Positions 34,859 through 64,000 of a DNA stretch of 64,000 nt are shown here, one piece after another (the stretch's first letter is position 1; the number at the start of each line of letters is the position of its first letter). Below the pieces are notes generated by a model. It saw nothing but the letters and a program-made list of their open reading frames with translations. It was not told the DNA's origin and made no database searches. The translations under genes and the position numbers were made by a program. Source of the stretch: Phoronis australis (Eukaryota > Animalia > Phoronida); assembly GCA_002633005.1 (NCBI GenBank), contig NMRA01000309.1, positions 460,125 through 524,124 on the forward strand. Direction: 5' to 3'.

Positions 34859-36580
34859 ATGGCGAATCATACACCGATGCAGAGCTATCGTCAGAACTAT
34901 TGCAAACTGTGCATGACAGGATTGCTTGGCTGTAGGTGGCACAGATATAAACAGTCAACCTTACACTTTACCAAAGCAGATGTGTTTTGGTTACTCTTCC
35001 TCATGATCACAGCATGCTTTGTCACCTGCTGGTTCTACTTTTGGCTCATTGCCGAGAATGATCAAGATGATTTCCACTGGTTCTTATACAATGAGCTTGA
35101 AGTCTGGTATTCCTGGCACGCCGTGCTCCTTGGAGTCACTACTGCTGTGTTCATTTACTGCGCGCTATTGTTACTTCTGACTGTCTGTCATGTTATCATT
35201 GGACATCAAGTATTTATTCACATGGGCCATAGAATAATGCTTTGTGTTATCTTAATTGGATGTGTTGCCACAATAATTGTCATATGGTACATGTGGCCAC
35301 AGGAATTTGCTGCTTTGAGTATTGCTTTCCAGATGCATGGGCCATTTATACATATCGGTCTTGTTATCTTTTTGACTGCTTTATTATGGGTATTCATTGA
35401 ACAGTGGCATAAGATCCGGCGAGTCTACATCAAAATCTTATGTGTGGTACTTTACATTGGAATAATGATACCAGTTTATGTTATGCCATTCGTGTTGCAT
35501 TCCCCGTGTGTGACACAGAACTTACCACCACGGCCACAACTGTTTGCTCATAGAGGATCATCAGCAATAGCACCGGAGAATACACTGGCGTCATTTGAAG
35601 ACAGTATCAGGTATGCTGATGGAATTGAAAGTGACGTCAGAATTAGCTGGGATGGAGTGCCCTTCATGTTTCATGATTTGACGCTTAAAAGAACCTCTAA
35701 TGTAGCTAAAATATTTCCTAGTTTTCAAAATATGAGGCCCGAACTTTTCAATATGAGTGATCTGCAGAAACTGGATGTTGGATCTTGGTTTTTGGACAGT
35801 GATCCCTTTGGAACTGTGGGAAGTTTGCCAGAAAGTCGAAGAAGTATCCTTCGTCAACAAACTATTCCTACACTTGAACAGGTCCTTAGCTTGATCAATG
35901 GTACAGATATAAAGTTTCTAGTGGACTTAATTGGCCCTCCCACTGGCCACCCATATGAATCAAACTTCTCAAAAAAATGTTTTGGTATTTTTATCAATTC
36001 TTCTTTGCCACAAGACCATTTTTACATCCAAGATTACATTTCGAAATTTACCGACATGAATTTCACATTCACCCTTCGAGGAAAAGTGGATTTGAGCCGT
36101 TTGGAAAGGCTGCATATTCATTCCATAAATGCATGGTTCACAGAATTGAGCAAGGATGATATTTTGTTGTACTTAAACCATAACATTTCTGTCAACATTT
36201 ACACTGTAAACACACGCTGGATGTTTTCCTATTATTGGTGTCTTGGCGTAACATCAGTTGCTTCCGACAAGAGTCACATGCTATCCAGGGACACGTCACC
36301 CTTGTGGATAATGACGCCTACTGTTTATAAAACAGTGTGGATCATCATAGACATCTTATCTGTTTTGGCTATAATCAGCACGTTTACCTACCCACAAGTG
36401 CGTTTGCAAAAAACCCATGAGCCAGCCGAGTTGACCATCCAAGCATTGGGAAGAAGCCGTGGTGAGCCTAAAGATCCTCAACTTCTGGACTCCAGTAAGG
36501 ACACAGATATGGAAGATATGGAGACTACTGAGATCGGTCACCACAATAGTGCACATGACAATTACGAATCTTGCCAATGA
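34859..36580 (+). CDS. GDPD5: Multi-pass membrane glycerophosphodiester phosphodiesterase (GDE2/GDE3/GDE6 = GDPD5/2/4 clade), 573 aa, intronless CDS
   Basis: N-terminal CMTGLLGCRWHRYKQ; several TM helices; SPC...LPPRPQLFAHRG..IAPENTLASF; GIESDVRISWDGVPFMFHD; IPTLEQVL; YTVNTRWMFSYYWCLGV; C-terminal TM. The exact vertebrate paralogue is uncertain. Confidence 0.9.
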   Translation: MANHTPMQSYRQNYCKLCMTGLLGCRWHRYKQSTLHFTKADVFWLLFLMITACFVTCWFYFWLIAENDQDDFHWFLYNELEVWYSWHAVLLGVTTAVFIYCALLLLLTVCHVIIGHQVFIHMGHRIMLCVILIGCVATIIVIWYMWPQEFAALSIAFQMHGPFIHIGLVIFLTALLWVFIEQWHKIRRVYIKILCVVLYIGIMIPVYVMPFVLHSPCVTQNLPPRPQLFAHRGSSAIAPENTLASFEDSIRYADGIESDVRISWDGVPFMFHDLTLKRTSNVAKIFPSFQNMRPELFNMSDLQKLDVGSWFLDSDPFGTVGSLPESRRSILRQQTIPTLEQVLSLINGTDIKFLVDLIGPPTGHPYESNFSKKCFGIFINSSLPQDHFYIQDYISKFTDMNFTFTLRGKVDLSRLERLHIHSINAWFTELSKDDILLYLNHNISVNIYTVNTRWMFSYYWCLGVTSVASDKSHMLSRDTSPLWIMTPTVYKTVWIIIDILSVLAIISTFTYPQVRLQKTHEPAELTIQALGRSRGEPKDPQLLDSSKDTDMEDMETTEIGHHNSAHDNYESCQ

Positions 36581-39500
36581 CACTGAAGGTTGGGAATGTT
36601 TCCAAACGTGACTGTGCATTGTGAAAGAGATTTCTAAAGAAACCCACAAGGAACACTTCTCATCTTGGTATAGGTCAGTAGGATAATGAAAGTACAGCTA
36701 TATATTGTTTAATTTGATGAGAACTGTAGTATAAAAAAATCTCACCTGAGAGGAAGTTTTTCTCAGTTTTTTACTCAACAGTTTACCTTAAATTTAAGGT
36801 CTTGTCATTATCAAGTTCCTCTGTACATACCGTAAATAGGAAATAAGTGTCCAAAATAAGTGAGATTCAGTTCCCAAATTTACATTACAAAGTTTCCTGA
36901 TGAAGTAAATTGAAAGTAACTCTAATTCCCATTTTCACTTTAAAAACTTTTTCAGATCAAATATTAGTTCTGTTTAAATTTAAACTTTTGTTGTTTATAG
37001 TTGATTTTATGCAACAGTTGGGTCTGTTGAATGATTTTTCAAAAATCCTGATGGAATATGAGAAAAGTGTTCAGATGTGGCTTGAAATTAAGGTTAGATC
37101 TGTATTTTCTAAACATTGCTATAATTTGAATGTTATAACATACTTTTAGCTACGTCTTTATCTACATATTTCTATGGATCTTATTCAATAGATTTAAATA
37201 TTCCAAATTTCCACATACATTCCAGTGCGAGTAAACTGAAAATGCATTTTGGATGTTATGTTTGCGCAGCTATTGTGAGAAAACGTTCGCATTTATCTTG
37301 AGTGACTGGGATTGCACTGCGCTGATGTGAAATAGTGGACCAATTGCAGATGTGTGGGTGTTGAAGATATTCAGGTTGGACTTTACTTGGTTTGAAAAAC
37401 TTTGTTGTAACAGATGCTATCAGATTTCCAAGTGACTACACTTACTTGGATAACAGTATAAGGAGTTTCAGTTATATTTTTATTTGAGTTGATTTGTGTG
37501 GAGTGGAACTATTTAAGTTGTATGCGTGTTCAGTGAAACCACGACTCAACAAAACTGCTTTATTTATAACACTTGCAAGCGTATATCATTTTGTTGCACA
37601 AGTCTCAAGCCAACTGTACTTTTCAATTTGATTAACTTGCGTTATAACGAGTATTCTTGAAATGTAGTGGAAAGCTTCATTGTGTCATGGTTTGACTGTG
37701 TGATCAAAAATACACGTACATATTAATAACAGGTGTTGTTAATGAAATACTTATTAAAATCAGAGAAATACATTTAAAAAATAAAGAGTGAGTTACGACA
37801 AATGCTTAAATTTGTTTTTAATAATGTTATGTACATAAATAAAGACAATAAAACAAAGCCATGGACAACAAAATATATGTTTAGTCATAAAAAGGGATTA
37901 CTTCCTTACTACCTAAAATGCAAACTATAAGCCATTTTACTCCACCAAACAAAACGTACCAAACCTTTACACACCACAATGATGGAAAATGATTGGCATC
38001 TCCAAGCACAAGTGGCAAGTCAACGACTTCAACAGGGCTGACATACCCACTCAAAATAAGGGCAGCGTAAACTTCACAGAGGGACATCTCTAAATTCCTC
38101 TTGGTGGGAAAATCAATTGGTTTCAAAGCAATGAAATGTTGAAACCAGTTTGAATTCAGTGGATTTCATCTACACCACCGTCGATTTTCTAAAGCATTGA
38201 GGGACAGTAGCTTCGTAAGCATCCGGCAACACCACAGATAACTAGGTGATGAGTAAAGAATGTGACGGAAAACTGCACTTATTGCACGACGACACCAGAG
38301 TTGAAAGGTCCACTGCTTTTTGGTATGACAAAGCAAATGTAGAAAAATAAAAGTTTGAAAGCCGGCCTCGAAATGCAGCGAATAGTTGCATAGATATATG
38401 CATACATACATGCATACATACATATATGGCAAATTCTCGAGGCACACATCATCTGACCACGCTGATAAATTTCACCATCCAAATGCATATTATAAATTGG
38501 ATTGCATGCCAGTCACCTATGATGTCACCAAATGCTTACGAGCTAACAACTGTCCCACAATGCATTTGAAAAACGATAGTAAAGGAATCCTTAGAATTAA
38601 TCAGTCATTAAATAATTTTCATGTCAAGGCCATTAAGTAAGAAGGAAATGTCACTTTAAAAACTGAGAGACTAACTCATCTCAAGATTTCTCTTAACAAT
38701 GTCAAATTAATCTAAAAATATTCAAAATAAGAAATTTTAAGTTACAACATATCTTTCTTAGCATTGTTTTCTGCAGACTGTGCAGATATCTGACTACCGA
38801 GAAGAAGCAAGACACTTGTTGAGAAATTTACACTTAAGTAATGGAAACTGAGAGTAGCTTAGCTGACTAATCACTTTACTGGGAGGTCATTTTGCTAGCC
38901 TACGCAAGCAAGGTCTTGAGCTGTCTCACACGATACCAGCCTTTCACTCACATTACCCATCCCGATCTTTTCTCGCCAGTAACTTGCTCTACACAAATTC
39001 CTGACAACTTTGCCACTTTTAACTTCAGACTTCTCGCATTAATAATACAGCCATTTGATTATCTACAGCTACAGTGCTGTAGGAGTCCATTTTATCAAAA
39101 GTGATATACATAGTTGCAGCTAAAAAGATGATCGCTGTATTTTTAATTAAAGGAAAACACTGCACTTGACATAAATTCGATTCGAGTTCACATTAATAGT
39201 TGAACCAAGTGCTAATAAAGATCAAAGATGAAGACATTAAGCAACACTCCTAGATAAAAGAAACCACCGGTTTCTCAGACTTATCTGGTTTTCATGTCAC
39301 AGCACAGTGCTTAGAGACGAGCAGAATAAACACTTGAAACATGCTTGAATTACACTGACCCTTTAGACACTAGCACGGGTCATTTAAAATCATTACGACA
39401 CTTAACAGCATTGCACATAGTGTACAAAGAAAGTGAGTAGGCTCGCCATCCCAATTGCTCCTTTACATTAAATGCAACTGCGAACGTAAAAAACCTCTAA

Positions 39501-40034
39501 CTGATAAAGTGAAAGTAAATCTTAAGCGTAAAATGCAATCACTGCACTCACATTTATAGTTCTTATCCTTAAGAATATATAATTTCATAGACAAAGTAAT
39601 GCTGCTGTTATGGTTAAACTTCTTTAAACGAATTCAACACTCACTACACAAACAATTGAAAAATACAACTGTAATAAGCCTCCTTGTACTTATTGCCAAA
39701 AATCAAGCTATTGCATTTGAGTCGTTCATTCAGGCTACACAAGCCTTCGATGCCTCCACTACTTGAGACAGCAAAATCACCTCGTGTTGTTTCTATGCAG
39801 AGGTCTATGCACTGTCTAAGGCAAATGAAGAGTGTGCCCAAACAGAACACTCAGTGACATCAGTGTGTGGTGTAATGTCCAGCATTTGCAAATCACACAC
39901 GTAACTACCAACAGGAGGTACATGATTCATAACAACAACGGTGCCACAGACTCTTACAATCGCATAATTGTACCTTGTCACGCTTTGTCAACAACACAGA
40001 ACAACACACTTTGAGTCATAGATGAGGTTCACCA

Positions 40035-61528
<21,494 letters not shown>

Positions 61529-62077
61529 TGCACTCTTGGTTAGGACATTGCGACACTAGGCAGAGTTACATGTGCTGCCATTCTTGTCGATCAGCTAAAA
61601 TGCACAAAATTAACAAAAACACCGTTAGGAAACAACGTTTGTGAGAAACAACATAGTTTTCATTTAAATTTTTTTTGTAAAATCAGCTGGGGGTTATTTT
61701 GCTATGAATGTACCTTCCTTGCACATGAAAATTTGACTTAAAAAACATGGTCACGTGACAACAATAAAGACACAGTAGTAAAAAGCATATTTTTGTAATC
61801 CTTAATCTTTCTCCTTTCATAAAATATACACTTTTAATGGCTATCAAAACAGTTTTTCGATATTTGACTTGAGTTGAGGTTGGCTATTAAGATCCTAGAT
61901 AACCTTGGGCATAATATGCAGAAAATCTTCAGGCATACAGGCTTCATAATGTGGTCCCAAGTCAACTCATACCAAAATCAATTTTAAAGTTTTATATTTA
62001 GTAAATTATTGATTAAAATAAAGCAAACATGTCACATTAATGTAAAATGATACGACGACAAACGTTATTAAGTAAAT

Positions 62078-62347
62078 GAATATAAATCGGTAAATAAAAC
62101 AACAAGAATGGATCAACTGAAATTTGAAATTTTCGGATGTAATAACTTCCTTTGTCAACAAAAACAGAAATAAAGTAAAATCAAACACAAAATGACAATT
62201 GACATATAAGATATGATGTAATGAATATGTCATTTTGTGTTTGATTTTACTTTATTTCTGTTTTTGTTGACAAAGGAAGTTATTACATCCGAAAATTTCA
62301 AATTTCAGTTAATCCATTCTTGTTGTTTTATTTACCGATTTATATTC
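62078..62347. repeat. Long near-perfect inverted repeat (120-bp arms, 30-bp loop)
   Basis: 62078-62197 is the reverse complement of 62228-62347, with about one mismatch. Confidence 0.92.
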
Positions 62348-64000
62348 TTCATTTTATGAAACAATAGTATCCTTGGAAGGATCTGGATCGCCTTATTTAG
62401 TTTCAGATATATTTTCTACGTTAAGTAAATGAAAAAGACAACTACGGTAATTTCTCTAACAGTTCGTACACTATTGTATGAACTATTTTTCCCTTGACAG
62501 CTTAGTGTTCCCATTAATAGAGACAAAAGTGGTCGTACTACCAATTAGAGATGAAAGTCAAGGGTTAGAGATAAAACATTGATAATAACAATGAATTAAC
62601 AAGGATGACAACTTCCGAGATGGTGGTTTGGTAATGTGAATTGTTACCAAAAGTAACAAACCATTGTCTCAGAAGGTGATGGATTCACTTCAAATGTATA
62701 GATGCTTTGTGATTTTATTATCATCCTATCCTATGTTCACAAGTTCAACAACCTTGGTTCAAGACCCCTGCTTTCAGCTACACCTTCTACCACCCGCACT
62801 GAGTTTACGACTGCAGTGCACTAGATAAAACATGTATTCCAATAGATCAGGCCAGAGAATGAGACAGTCAGTGAGATAAATTGAGCTCATTGGTTATAAT
62901 GGATTTACCAACGATTCCAATTCGATTTTTTTACGAAATTACCCAGACTGAACTAAATCTCCTAGTTTTCTTGAATTATAATTGACTGGGTAACAGAGAA
63001 TGCGAGGCAACCAAGGGGACAATGTGCCTCACTGCCACCTCTCGATTTCAGAACTTAAGGGTTGGCAATACGTTGCTGGATATTTAATTGTACATCGTCT
63101 TGAAATTATAAAAAATGCAAGTCAAAGACTGTTTTTTTATATTGCACCTCAGTCAAACAGGCGTTAACAAGTTTTACCAATGTCGCCAGTGGTTCTTCGG
63201 AAATATATTTTTTTCTGATAACTATATGCACAAGCATGAATTTACATAGGAATGATCACAATAAAGAAATGTTGTGTGCCTTGGTGTTTTAATGAAAATT
63301 CTCAAAAGTTACGGGGACGCTTAGCAGAGCAGTGGGCATTTATTCCAAAAAATTCAAAGGCGCACACGAGAACACAGTCATTACTCAAATGTTATGCGGT
63401 AACAAGAAATTGAAAGGCTGTAATAGAAGAAATGTAATCAGCAGAAAATTCTTTTATAACCAACGATTGTCAAATAAACACACGGGTGCTTACTGGTATA
63501 ACCTTCCAGTTAAGCAATTCCAAATTTCAGGTTGCAACTACGACCTGCAGGAGCGCTGACCCCGTTGATTACAACAGCACTGATTTTTGAGTACTCAGTA
63601 ACGTGCTGTTAAGAGTTTAATTCTATAACAAAACCACGGTTACCTGAATTTAGCGGCTCGTGTACAATTTTTTTTAACAACGCAGATATGTGCACAAACT
63701 ATTGCTCCCTCAGTCACCTACCGTAGGAATAATTAGAGAAACACAATGTTTCAAGGGTGGTGTATGAACTATTAGAGTGTAAAAAATATTAGAGAAATCA
63801 CCCTAGGTAATAAGATATGTTAATAGACCTCCGTAGGCAGGTAGGAGTAGACTTTGGAACTAGGTATGAAGTGACTGGAAATCCATCCAATGTCGACACC
63901 TATTTTGGGTTATTGTTTACAATCCGACTCCATTATTAAACGTACATACGTTATATTAATATTTTCTGAATCCTCTTGCCATGGTGATCATGCTGATTCC

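Overview
AT-rich eukaryotic genomic DNA from an invertebrate animal (probably a lophotrochozoan; this is inference only), from a draft assembly with one N gap and two single Ns. Five conserved genes can be spliced by hand with GT-AG introns and consistent phases: SNRPD2 (intronless, -), DUSP22/15 (5 exons, +), HERPUD (8 coding exons, -), a 7-TM GDPD5/GDE2-type phosphodiesterase (intronless CDS, +) and MBTPS1/site-1 protease (22 coding exons, -). They form two head-to-head and two tail-to-tail pairs. There is also an orphan 280-aa ORF and a decayed ORF at 9.5-10.8 kb. The non-coding DNA holds many small non-autonomous elements. The most notable is a complete 514-bp miniature LTR retrotransposon (TRIM) whose ~150-bp LTRs carry a tRNA-derived Pol III promoter (A and B boxes), with a tRNA-Ser-type PBS and a polypurine tract; a solo LTR with a perfect 4-bp TSD lies 1.4 kb away. 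Also present: a Mutator/foldback-like MITE nested in an older copy of itself, which may have supplied the HERPUD 5' UTR splice donor; a 61-bp derivative of that MITE frameshifting an ORF; Helentron-type (HINE/pearl-like) elements with 3x150-bp higher-order satellite arrays; and a near-perfect 120-bp-arm hairpin. All coordinates were counted by hand and no database searches were run.
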